A program made the position numbers and the translations under genes. 56,086 nt of DNA from a virus (lineage: Duplodnaviria; Caudoviricetes), in IMG/VR virus record IMGVR_UViG_3300020420_000003, positions 1 to 56,086 of that record; one strand, given 5' to 3'. Positions 1 through 7,533 of the stretch are shown here, piece by piece. The notes below the pieces were generated by a model. It saw nothing but the letters and a program-made list of their open reading frames with translations. It did no database searches and was not told the DNA's origin. How positions within the stretch are numbered: the stretch's first letter is position 1; the number at the start of each line of letters is the position of its first letter.

Positions 1-77
1 CTGAAGATGCTTAACCAAAGAGGAGATTTAAAATGGATAAAGCGATTTTGATAGACCCATTCAATAAGGTTATTGAA
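1..77. repeat. Terminal direct repeat, copy 1 (assembly circularisation overlap)
   Basis: 1-77 is identical to 56010-56086 and the junction falls inside the cassette of ORF 33..446; 77 is a common assembler k-mer. Confidence 0.95.
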
Positions 78-446
78 GAGGTCAACTACGACTACGGCGG
101 AAGCTATACCCAAATCACTGAGTATATCGCAACGCCGGAAGCACCCCGCCCAATGTTCTGCACTGTCAACATTGACGACGAGAACACCATCTATCTAGAT
201 GACGAGGGTTTATACAGGGACACCCAAGCTTACTTTCAGTGGGAGGGATACCACCAACCGCTACAGGGACGCAGTCTGATACTTGGAATCGATTACGAAA
301 CAGGTGAATCAGTTCCGCCCACAATCACCATCGAAAAAGTGAAAGAAGCCGTATCTTTCCGAGGCGACAAGCTTAGAGTGATGCCGCAGTTTGAGGTGCG
401 CTCTTTTAGTGACGATGAATTTAATGAATTTTTGCAATCCCTCTAG
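33..446 (+). CDS. Early protein, DUF3846-like
   Basis: AGAGGAG RBS; AILIDP...IYLDDEGL...PLQG.SLILG.D..GES pattern recalls DUF3846; own promoter (55983) and terminator. Confidence 0.6.
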   Translation: MDKAILIDPFNKVIEEVNYDYGGSYTQITEYIATPEAPRPMFCTVNIDDENTIYLDDEGLYRDTQAYFQWEGYHQPLQGRSLILGIDYETGESVPPTITIEKVKEAVSFRGDKLRVMPQFEVRSFSDDEFNEFLQSL

Positions 447-456
447 GGTGAAGCGG

Positions 457-490
457 AACGGGGCGGGCTTCGGCTCGCCCCGTTTTTTTT
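457..490 (+). terminator. Intrinsic terminator with cUUCGg tetraloop
   Basis: ACGGGGCGGGC-TTCG-GCTCGCCCCGT followed by a T run. Confidence 0.95.
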
Positions 491-493
491 GTG

Positions 494-571
494 TCTGCTG
501 CCGGGGTCCGGAGCTATCCGGGCTGGCTGCCCGGACCAGACGCAAGGCGCAAGGCGGCCCGAGGCGCAGGG
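494..571 (+). repeat. GC-rich repeat island A (GCTGC/CCGG words plus tandem GRCGCAR heptamers)
   Basis: 4 CCGG, 2 GCTGC, then GACGCAA GGCGCAA...GGCGCAG directly before a promoter. Confidence 0.85.
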
Positions 572-600
572 TTGACATATCCCATGTTATGTGGGATAAT
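572..600 (+). promoter_or_regulatory. Sigma70-type early promoter with overlapping TATCCCA-N7-TGGGATA operator-like palindrome
   Basis: TTGACA(572)-17 nt-GATAAT(595), extended -10 TG; inverted repeat 578-598. Confidence 0.9.
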
Positions 601-629
601 ATAAGGGTTAACCAAAGAGGAGTTTAACA

Positions 630-1082
630 ATGACTGAGAAAACCAGAACGCTTTGTTTCCACGCTGACCCCGGGCACGGGTGGCTGGCTGTTCCTATCGA
701 TGAGATACGGGAAGCCAAGCTGTCAATCAGCGGTTACAGTTACATCAACCGAAAAGAAGGCTGTGCATATCTCGAAGAAGATTGCGATGCTATGGTCTTC
801 ATCAACCACCTAAAAAAGAACGACGTGCCGTTTACGATTAGTGAAACGCACAGAAACGACGACCATCCCATCCGGAGCTACGAATACTGGCCCGAGGAAT
901 GGAACCCGAAGTCTGAGTTTTCGGTATCTTTCACGTTAAAGCGTGACAACGAAATGCGCGAACATGATGAAAGTTTTTTTGATGTTCAGCATATAAGAAG
1001 CGAGATTCAAACGTGGTTAAGCGATTTGGATTACGTTGTTTCTGATATCACTATAAATAAAACTGCAAATGGCCGACGTTAA
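630..1082 (+). CDS. Conserved early hypothetical protein (DPGHGWL...YLEEDCD motifs)
   Basis: AGAGGAG RBS; motif pair I recognise from phage/plasmid early-expressed proteins. Confidence 0.75.
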   Translation: MTEKTRTLCFHADPGHGWLAVPIDEIREAKLSISGYSYINRKEGCAYLEEDCDAMVFINHLKKNDVPFTISETHRNDDHPIRSYEYWPEEWNPKSEFSVSFTLKRDNEMREHDESFFDVQHIRSEIQTWLSDLDYVVSDITINKTANGRR

Positions 1083-1398
1083 TTACCAGCAGTATGCAAA
1101 AGATATCGCGGAGGAGATTGTCTTCCGCGATATCGGACCTGATGACGAACCGGAAGACCGGGTGTACGACCTAGCTCATGAGTACGCCGACGGCAGCGAA
1201 CACGTCATCTACTATTACAAAGCGCACCAGTTTCTAGAGTGGCTGGACGCTAGGACAATTGAATATATCGAAGGTGAAATAGAAGCCGGGGGAAGTTTCG
1301 TTGGGTACAACGACCTTGCTTCGAGAATCGCATACTACGCACTGTCCGATATGATTTCTTCTGAAGCTCTAACCTTACTTCAAAACAGTGAATCTTGA
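1069..1398 (+). CDS. Ocr (T7 gp0.3)-like acidic DNA mimic, putative anti-restriction protein
   Basis: 109 aa, about 24 D/E vs 6 K/R; YDLAHEYADGSEHVIYY aligns by eye with Ocr LHDAIHMAADNAVPHYY; early location. Confidence 0.65.
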   Translation: MADVNYQQYAKDIAEEIVFRDIGPDDEPEDRVYDLAHEYADGSEHVIYYYKAHQFLEWLDARTIEYIEGEIEAGGSFVGYNDLASRIAYYALSDMISSEALTLLQNSES

Positions 1399-1403
1399 AC
1401 CGA

Positions 1404-1622
1404 GCCCGGTAGCCAATGACGGCTGCTGGGCCTCCGGACCCGGGGACGGCTGCTGGGGATCAGTCGCAAGGCGCAAGGCGCAGGGCTGCTGCCCGGTGTA
1501 CCGGGTATCCGGAGATCCCGGCTGCTGGATCAAGGCGCAAGGCGCAGGTCAGTCGCAAGGCGCAGGGCTGCCGGGGGACCGTGCTGCCCGGTCAAACATG
1601 AACAAGACGCAAGACGCAAGGT
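1404..1622 (+). repeat. GC-rich repeat island B
   Basis: 9 CCGG, 7 GCTGC (all same strand), 3 GATC, four tandem runs of G(G/T/A)CGCA(A/G). Confidence 0.9.
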
Positions 1623-1965
1623 CAGTCCCCTCCCAAAGTGCTGGAAACTTTAGCCCTTTTTCGTTAAGATTGACCGCATCTCCCCCGTCAAATAAAAATA
1701 GACAAGGCGGCTTGGCCCGTGAAACCAAGAAGAAGGAGACACCCCCAGCCCTAAAATACTGCATATTCCAAGCAATCTGCGAGGGGCGTATGGAAACAGT
1801 GTCACCTTTTGTACACTTTAACTCGCAAAATAGAACTCGCCCTAAATGCGCCATCAAACTGTCAGGGACACCACTACCAGCGCGATTCTCAATCCTTGTG
1901 AGGTGCGTCCCCTTGGGCACTGCGGTCTTCAATCTGAGCCACAGATTCCGTTCCGGTGTTGGCAT
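1549..1965 (-). CDS. PD-(D/E)xK nuclease, Holliday junction resolvase/VRR-NUC-like
   Basis: E..L..RIEN...SGVPD...FCELK...RPSQIAW motifs; start placed at MPTPE. Confidence 0.8.
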   Translation of the reverse strand: MPTPERNLWLRLKTAVPKGTHLTRIENRAGSGVPDSLMAHLGRVLFCELKCTKGDTVSIRPSQIAWNMQYFRAGGVSFFLVSRAKPPCLFLFDGGDAVNLNEKGLKFPALWEGTDLASCVLFMFDRAARSPGSPAPCD

Positions 1966-2446
1966 CAAGTATCTCCTCATACTCTGCTTCAATGAAGGCA
2001 GCGGGATGTTCATCACGAAGCTTGCCAAGTTGAGCAATGATTTCATCTCGGCTGAGTTGGTCGTACGAATGAACGTGTTGATTCTCTCGTCGATCAACAG
2101 TCAGTCCACCCAAACTGGCACGAATTTTTTCAGCGTTGATTGCGGCGGAGAACTGCCCTTCGGATTCAGCATTGTGCGACAGGTCGGACAGTCGTTTGAG
2201 TTGTCCTATCAACGTCACGCCATACTTGCGTTCGCGTTCTTGACGAAGCTCGGCAATATGTTGGGGGACAAGCGGGAAGTCTTTCCCGTTCAAAAGTTTG
2301 TGGGCATACTTGACTGCAACCTTTTGGCTGTACCCTGCCCGTCTCGCGCATTCAGCATTGCTGTACACACCATCAACAATCAGCTTGGCAAATTCTTTCT
2401 GGCGATTGGTCAGCAGACATGCTTTTTCTTCCGTTTCAGGTTCCAT
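1889..2446 (-). CDS. terS: Terminase small subunit
   Basis: LTNRQKEFA...NAECARRAGYS helix-turn-helix typical of TerS; GAGG RBS. Confidence 0.8.
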   Translation of the reverse strand: MEPETEEKACLLTNRQKEFAKLIVDGVYSNAECARRAGYSQKVAVKYAHKLLNGKDFPLVPQHIAELRQERERKYGVTLIGQLKRLSDLSHNAESEGQFSAAINAEKIRASLGGLTVDRRENQHVHSYDQLSRDEIIAQLGKLRDEHPAAFIEAEYEEILDANTGTESVAQIEDRSAQGDAPHKD

Positions 2447-2697
2447 ATTTCCTCGCATGTTTATAATGTTTCCAAGTTTCTGTCAGGCTCTTACGGAAGC
2501 CGTGCCATTTCATCGGGTAATGAACCCAGCCCTTTTTATCACCACGCCAAACAAGGCCAAAGCCCCACGAAGCGGTTGGTGTTTTGCTTTTCCAAAAACT
2601 TAAACGCGGATTCATTTTCACCCCCATATAGTGATTCTCCTGAGTTTATTATAACACATAATAAAGTCACAGATTTCGCGCCATCTATACAAGTATC

Positions 2698-2867
2698 CTG
2701 TTACACCTGTTACACTTTGCACACATCAAGTGTAACAGAAAAACTCTATACAGAACAACGCTATAGACTACGCTGTTACACTGTTACAGCGTTACACCTA
2801 TTTCACAGAATTTGTGGAAACAAAAATCTCACAGAAATAACCTATTGTAACTGTATCGGCGTAACAG
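2698..2867. repeat. Iteron-like array of CTGTTACAC/GTGTAACAG direct and inverted repeats
   Basis: Copies at 2698, 2707, 2773, 2781, 2789 (direct) and 2730, 2845, 2859 (inverted, some degenerate) in the non-coding gap between divergent transcription units. Confidence 0.8.
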
Positions 2868-2874
2868 ATTTCGT

Positions 2875-2928
2875 TTGACATTTCCAATCGATAAGTTATT
2901 CTGATGATATCCCATGATATATGGGCAT
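2875..2928 (+). promoter_or_regulatory. Sigma70-type promoter with downstream TATCCCA-N7-TGGG operator-like site
   Basis: TTGACA(2875)-16 nt-TATTCT; TATCCCATGATATATGGG at 2908-2925. Confidence 0.7.
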
Positions 2929-2945
2929 TATCAAAGAGGAACATT

Positions 2946-3119
2946 ATGAAAAGAATGGATACTATATCAGACGTGTTGTGTGACCTTTATGACCTCCGCA
3001 CTGCGGCGAGGTTGAGAGGTTTTGGAACATTGCCCAAAGACAATGAGGGCACGGAAACGACGATTATGGATTGCATCGAAAACTGCATTGAACAAGTGGA
3101 GGGTTTGACTGATGGATAA
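2946..3119 (+). CDS. Hypothetical protein
   Basis: AGAGGA RBS; first gene of a tightly packed operon. Confidence 0.7.
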   Translation: MKRMDTISDVLCDLYDLRTAARLRGFGTLPKDNEGTETTIMDCIENCIEQVEGLTDG

Positions 3120-3249
3120 GGAAAGCACCGAGATCCACGTTTCGGGAGTCGAGGCTGAAGCAACAGTCTCCCCGGCTGAAGCGATTGCGGACAAGGCTTT
3201 TGAAGCATGGGTCGAGGCCATGGAATTAGAGTTGAAGGAGGCATCATGA
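3112..3249 (+). CDS. Small acidic hypothetical protein (45 aa, not in ORF track)
   Basis: GGAGG RBS; MDKESTEIHV...ELKEAS; stop overlaps next start. Confidence 0.65.
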   Translation: MDKESTEIHVSGVEAEATVSPAEAIADKAFEAWVEAMELELKEAS

Positions 3250-3512
3250 TGGCAAAGAAACGATTACGAGTTATTGAACGAACCACGCTGATTAGCAGTT
3301 ATCTGATTGAAGTCGATGAGGACGCAAATTTGGATGAACTGTTCGATGGCAACGCATGGGAAGAACATGTGTTGAAACCAGTTTATGAAGCAGACCCCCA
3401 CGACACACACATCATAGAAGCATGGGACACGACCATGACAGTTGACGACAATGTTTGGGAACTTGGCAAACACGATATTGAGAAGGTATGGGATAGTGAG
3501 GGTGACTACTAA
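3246..3512 (+). CDS. Acidic hypothetical protein
   Basis: AAGGAGG RBS, ATGA overlap. Confidence 0.75.
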   Translation: MMAKKRLRVIERTTLISSYLIEVDEDANLDELFDGNAWEEHVLKPVYEADPHDTHIIEAWDTTMTVDDNVWELGKHDIEKVWDSEGDY

Positions 3513-3513
3513 A

Positions 3514-3681
3514 ATGGATGAAGATTGGTTCGTAACTGTTTTGGACAAACTCAACGACGTTCAAAACGAAGTGCATTTGCTGATGCAAGATGATTGTGAA
3601 GCGGTGCTTAACCCCGTTGTGGATTTATTGAACAAAGCAGAAGATGCAATATTGGAGATTGAAAAACATGGCAAAATATAA
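3514..3681 (+). CDS. Acidic hypothetical protein
   Basis: Operon packing; start MDEDWF. Confidence 0.65.
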   Translation: MDEDWFVTVLDKLNDVQNEVHLLMQDDCEAVLNPVVDLLNKAEDAILEIEKHGKI

Positions 3682-3898
3682 AGCAACCCCGGCGACAGTC
3701 AAAGCCGTGCTTGACAAACACTACCCGCTGGCTGCTGGGCAGCGCGAAGACGATTCGGTTGCAGTCGCAAGGCTCAAGTCGGGGGCCACAAACTTTACGC
3801 CAGCAGACGCAAGCTACTATTGCAAGCGGCTTGGTGTGAGGTGGCTTCTTGTTAACGGCAGATGGTACGATGATTCCTTCAATCCCCACACGCCATGA
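3668..3898 (+). CDS. Hypothetical protein
   Basis: GGAG RBS; overlaps both neighbours; contains copies of the island words. Confidence 0.65.
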   Translation: MAKYKATPATVKAVLDKHYPLAAGQREDDSVAVARLKSGATNFTPADASYYCKRLGVRWLLVNGRWYDDSFNPHTP

Positions 3899-4083
3899 AA
3901 ACGTATAAGTTCACAGTAGAAAAAGCGTTCTGGAAAGTTATCGAACTCGAGGTTCAGGCACGGAGCGCGGTTCAAGCTAGAGAAATCGTACGCCAACAGG
4001 CGCAAGACGATGTCGATTGGGATGAGGTAGAGGACATGTCTGAATGTCCCTATGCTGATGTACACGAGGAGTTGGTCGGGTGA
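3895..4083 (+). CDS. Small hypothetical protein (DpnD/PcfM-like pattern)
   Basis: MKTYKFTVE...ELEVQARSA..A pattern; ATGA overlap. Confidence 0.55.
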   Translation: MKTYKFTVEKAFWKVIELEVQARSAVQAREIVRQQAQDDVDWDEVEDMSECPYADVHEELVG

Positions 4084-4277
4084 AATATGTTTTCATAATT
4101 TTGTTTTTGCACACACCGAATAATTATTCTGTGTCCGAAGCAATACCAAACATGGAGCCGTTTGAATGTATGGCATACATGAACGCATTTAACATAAACC
4201 CGCTTCATGCTCGAGACGGAAAGTTCGGCGTTTGCATGGCAGTCTATCAAGGAGAACAAGATGCAATTCAACAATAA
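4080..4277 (+). CDS. Small protein with N-terminal hydrophobic segment
   Basis: GAGGAG RBS, GTGA overlap; MKYVFIILFL. Confidence 0.6.
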   Translation: MKYVFIILFLHTPNNYSVSEAIPNMEPFECMAYMNAFNINPLHARDGKFGVCMAVYQGEQDAIQQ

Positions 4278-4491
4278 CAAGCAACAAGGTTCGGGGGTCA
4301 CGATCCGAATGTCTGACAACGAGTACGAAGGGTTGTCGATTGTCGTGAATATGGCACGAGAACAGTTAAACCAGAATTTACTCGAAGGCATATTGTCACC
4401 AAACGATTGCAATCGAGGCACTTTTTTAACACTGAAGAAACTGGCTCACAATGGGCTGCCGTCGAAGGAAAGGATTTCAGAGGATGGATGA
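4261..4491 (+). CDS. Hypothetical protein
   Basis: AAGGAG RBS before MQFNN. Confidence 0.65.
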   Translation: MQFNNNKQQGSGVTIRMSDNEYEGLSIVVNMAREQLNQNLLEGILSPNDCNRGTFLTLKKLAHNGLPSKERISEDG

Positions 4492-4708
4492 TGACATGAA
4501 AGGCGTTCTATTCAAGAACGATAAGGGCGACAACGAAAAGCGTCCCGATATAAAAGGCGAACTCACAATAGAGGGCGTGACATATCAGCTTGCCGCATGG
4601 AAAAATGTGTCAGCCAATGGTAATGTATATTACAGGCTCAAGGCAGAAAAACCTGATGAGCAAATAGAAGAAGCCACGGATGGGTTATTCGGAGGTGCAG
4701 ATGGGTGA
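4484..4708 (+). CDS. DUF736-like small putative ssDNA-binding protein
   Basis: LFKNDK...KRPD.KG...G..Y.LAAWK...G..Y motif. Confidence 0.65.
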   Translation: MDDDMKGVLFKNDKGDNEKRPDIKGELTIEGVTYQLAAWKNVSANGNVYYRLKAEKPDEQIEEATDGLFGGADG

Positions 4709-5129
4709 CATAGTTGATTTCCCACCGAAGCAGGACAAACAAGAGATTCTTGATTTGGCTACGGCAGATTTGCTTTGCACTGTGCCGCTGGATGCAGCTT
4801 TGGTTCCTACAAGGAACAAGTCGCAAGTCTGTTGGCACGGTGTCGCTGCACTGTGGAATCGAGAAAAACTGGAGACAGCACCATACGAGGTGGAGATAAA
4901 ACTAATCGCCGCGTTTTTGTATCCTGTCCATGCCGAAGATATGGCTTCAAGTTTCGGGCCCCCAGTTGAACCAATGCCGGAGCCTGTCATGGGTTTGGTT
5001 GAGGATATGTTGTTGGAGGTAGAAGACCCAAGAACCATGTCCCAAGAACGAATTGAAAAGATTCAAGAGAAAGTCATGGAAGACTTATCTCGAAAGGAAA
5101 ACAATGACAACGAGCCGGAAATACACTGA
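4701..5129 (+). CDS. Hypothetical protein
   Basis: GGAGGT RBS before MGDIVDFP. Confidence 0.7.
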   Translation: MGDIVDFPPKQDKQEILDLATADLLCTVPLDAALVPTRNKSQVCWHGVAALWNREKLETAPYEVEIKLIAAFLYPVHAEDMASSFGPPVEPMPEPVMGLVEDMLLEVEDPRTMSQERIEKIQEKVMEDLSRKENNDNEPEIH

Positions 5130-5295
5130 CCTCGTATTTTTGCGTGACGGAGAACCTGCTGAGTTGTGTATCAGTCAAGAAGACAGATTTACAGTCATAG
5201 AGTTATCCGAAGCGCAGTTGTTCAACATAGTCTGCGATGGCGCAGAGATATTGCGTCGAGAGTTTTCAAGGAGAAGTAGAAATGGCAGAAAATAA
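5104..5295 (+). CDS. Hypothetical protein
   Basis: AAGGA RBS before MTTSRK. Confidence 0.65.
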   Translation: MTTSRKYTDLVFLRDGEPAELCISQEDRFTVIELSEAQLFNIVCDGAEILRREFSRRSRNGRK

Positions 5296-5524
5296 AGTAG
5301 TAATGGGTAGACCTCGTAAGTTCGATGTGACGGTTACGATGTCGTTTGATTTGGACAAGAAAATGTATGATGCTATCGAGGATAAAGCGTATGAAGCGAA
5401 CATGAGCAAGAGCGATTTGATTCGTAGATCTTTGATGGATTATCTTTTCAACCAAGGGGACAGGAGCCCGGTTGTTTGGGAAACGGATGACCGACGAGAT
5501 ATTTGGGAGAGCGACGATGAGTAA
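5282..5524 (+). CDS. Ribbon-helix-helix (CopG-like) transcription regulator
   Basis: GRPRK, then VTMSFDLD strand and YDAIEDKA..ANMSKSDLIRRSL helices. Confidence 0.8.
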   Translation: MAENKVVMGRPRKFDVTVTMSFDLDKKMYDAIEDKAYEANMSKSDLIRRSLMDYLFNQGDRSPVVWETDDRRDIWESDDE

Positions 5525-5645
5525 AGACCACGGCCTTACAAACCTTGTGGCTAATGTAAAGAACACGGAAATATACAGCAACAAAATGACCCGCAAGGTA
5601 ATCGCAGCGGCAGTTTTTTTGATTGTTCTGTTTGCAATAATATGA
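5517..5645 (+). CDS. Small single-TM membrane peptide (42 aa, not in ORF track)
   Basis: MSKDHG...RKVIAAAVFLIVLFAII; overlaps both neighbours. Confidence 0.6.
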   Translation: MSKDHGLTNLVANVKNTEIYSNKMTRKVIAAAVFLIVLFAII

Positions 5646-5872
5646 ACCGGGATGACAAAAGCTGGAGTCCTTGGACTGTCCGATTGGACAAGTCTTTCCC
5701 CAGCTTGAGCAAAAAGAAAAACAAACCCGAGTCAGATTGTGACGCGGTTACTTGTTCCGAGTGTCCCGGCGGACCTCGATGCTGCAATTATGTACGTCGA
5801 GACGAAGACCCATACCCAAGTCAATGGAGATGGATTAACGACGACGGTTATTGGAGCCGGATTCGCCGTTAG
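5642..5872 (+). CDS. Cys-rich hypothetical protein
   Basis: ATGA overlap; C-x4-C-x2-C-x5-CC. Confidence 0.5.
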   Translation: MNRDDKSWSPWTVRLDKSFPSLSKKKNKPESDCDAVTCSECPGGPRCCNYVRRDEDPYPSQWRWINDDGYWSRIRR

Positions 5873-6002
5873 CAGTTGTCGCCTGTCGAATAAGAAATGT
5901 TATTTGACGGGCGATGCTTCTTTCATTTTCTTCCGCAAGAGCTCTAACCTTTTCGTAGGCTTCCATCGGTAAGGCAATCGACTTCCATTTTGTCGTGTCC
6001 AT
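5835..6002 (-). CDS. Arc-like ribbon-helix-helix protein (55 aa, not in ORF track)
   Basis: AAGGA RBS; MDTTKWKSIALPMEAYEKVRALAEENERSIARQITFLI. Confidence 0.75.
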   Translation of the reverse strand: MDTTKWKSIALPMEAYEKVRALAEENERSIARQITFLIRQATTANGESGSNNRRR

Positions 6003-6018
6003 TTGCTAGTCCTTCTAT

Positions 6019-7467
6019 TCATTTAATTTTCAACCACTGACGCATCTCTTCGCCCAAAGCAGCACCCGCAAGTTTTATCTTGTCGCGTAAGGCTCTGACG
6101 ATGTGTTCGTCAACAGTACCTTCGGCAACCAAATCAATGTAGGTGACAGGGTGATTCTGACCAATGCGGTGACAGCGATCCTCTGATTGAACGCGAGTCT
6201 CAAGATTAAAATCATTCGAGTAATAGATCACGGTGTTGGCTGACACGAGGGTCAGACCATACCCGGCTGTTTGTGGATTGCCTACAAAGAACCGGGTTTC
6301 GTGATCCGAGTCACTAAAATTGCGAATCAATTCTTCTCGAGCATCTTCGTTCGTGTCTCCGTAATATGAACCGACAGAACCATAGCCGTATTTTTTGGCT
6401 AATGCTTCTTCGATCCGTTGTATGTCTTTTCGGAACCGCGCCCAGATAATTATCTTGCCGCTTGTTTCTTCGACAGTATCCATCAACGCATCCAGCCGAC
6501 GAGTCGGGATATCAACAAGTGTGCCCTCGTCGTCGATAGGCATATACCCACACAGGATTTGTTGCAGACGCAGAAGCTGTGTCATCGCTTCGGTTGCGAA
6601 TACGGCATCATCTTGCAGAATGACCATTGCGGTTCGGCGCATCGATTCGTACTGCCGTGCTTGCTCTGGATCGAGCGTCACGTTTCGTGTTGTATATGTC
6701 TTCGGCGGTAAGTCGAGGCAATCTTTTTTCAGAACGCGACTCGAGAATCCTTTGATGGTCAAAGATAGCTCGTCCATGTTTCGGTATCCAACAATGTGGT
6801 TGAACGAATGTGCCCCCATGTTCATACGCTTCATGATGGCGTACCGGGCTTGGAACGCATAGAAGTTGTCGTACCCCAACAAGTCAGGGTCAAGGAACCC
6901 GCACTGCGAAAACAAATCCATCGGGCTTTGTGTCACCGGAGATCCGGTAAGAATCCGACGATACCGACAAGACTGCGCCAACCGGGTCACAATCTTTGTG
7001 CGCTTCGCTTTGTGGTTTTTGATGGTGGTGCTTTCGTCCACCGCAAACATAGTCTCACCGTTTTTGTCCATGAACTCGTGGACATAACGAACGCATTTGT
7101 CGCTGACAAACGCTTCGACATTCACCACAAGAACACGCAGTCCATCGTGGTATCTCAACGCATCCATCAATTCTTGTTTCTGTGCTTTGTTCGGGCCTGA
7201 ACGCCACGTTGTAACACAAAGCGGTACACGCTCCGGCATGTGCGCTGGTATCTCTTTCAGCACCCAGTTCCGGTACACACCCTTCGGTGCTACAATAACA
7301 AGTGTCGTGATACGTCCGGCTTCAAACAAGTACGCAGCGTTATCGATCAACACCTTGGATTTGCCGCAACCCATTTCCATGAAGTAGGCATAGTTCGAGC
7401 GTTCAGCACTCTGCTCGAATGCGTCGCGCTGATGTTGGTATGGCTCAGTTCTGTATGCGTATTCCAT
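6019..7467 (-). CDS. SNF2-family (SF2) helicase
   Basis: MEMGCGKS Walker A, VDEST, LTGSP, GYGLTL, QSEDRCHRIGQ motifs. Confidence 0.95.
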   Translation of the reverse strand: MEYAYRTEPYQHQRDAFEQSAERSNYAYFMEMGCGKSKVLIDNAAYLFEAGRITTLVIVAPKGVYRNWVLKEIPAHMPERVPLCVTTWRSGPNKAQKQELMDALRYHDGLRVLVVNVEAFVSDKCVRYVHEFMDKNGETMFAVDESTTIKNHKAKRTKIVTRLAQSCRYRRILTGSPVTQSPMDLFSQCGFLDPDLLGYDNFYAFQARYAIMKRMNMGAHSFNHIVGYRNMDELSLTIKGFSSRVLKKDCLDLPPKTYTTRNVTLDPEQARQYESMRRTAMVILQDDAVFATEAMTQLLRLQQILCGYMPIDDEGTLVDIPTRRLDALMDTVEETSGKIIIWARFRKDIQRIEEALAKKYGYGSVGSYYGDTNEDAREELIRNFSDSDHETRFFVGNPQTAGYGLTLVSANTVIYYSNDFNLETRVQSEDRCHRIGQNHPVTYIDLVAEGTVDEHIVRALRDKIKLAGAALGEEMRQWLKIK

Positions 7468-7492
7468 GCGTATAATCCACGAAAAAAAGTAT

Positions 7493-7528
7493 TTGACATG
7501 GGATAACATATAGCATATACCTTGTCAA
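7493..7528. promoter_or_regulatory. Interdigitated divergent promoters (TTGACA-N24-TGTCAA) with TGGGATA half-site
   Basis: Plus: TTGACA(7493)-17-TATACC; minus: TTGACA(7528)-17-TATCCC. Confidence 0.7.
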
Positions 7529-7533
7529 GTCAG

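Noticed and set aside
1404-1622. CRISPR-like array in the GC islands or the CTGTTACAC array
   Set aside because: Units are 5-9 bp, irregularly spaced, with no unique spacers and no cas genes
1388-2878. 496-aa plus-strand ORF
   Set aside because: Antisense to terS and the resolvase, runs through repeat DNA, no RBS or recognisable motif; treated as a shadow ORF although its length is notable
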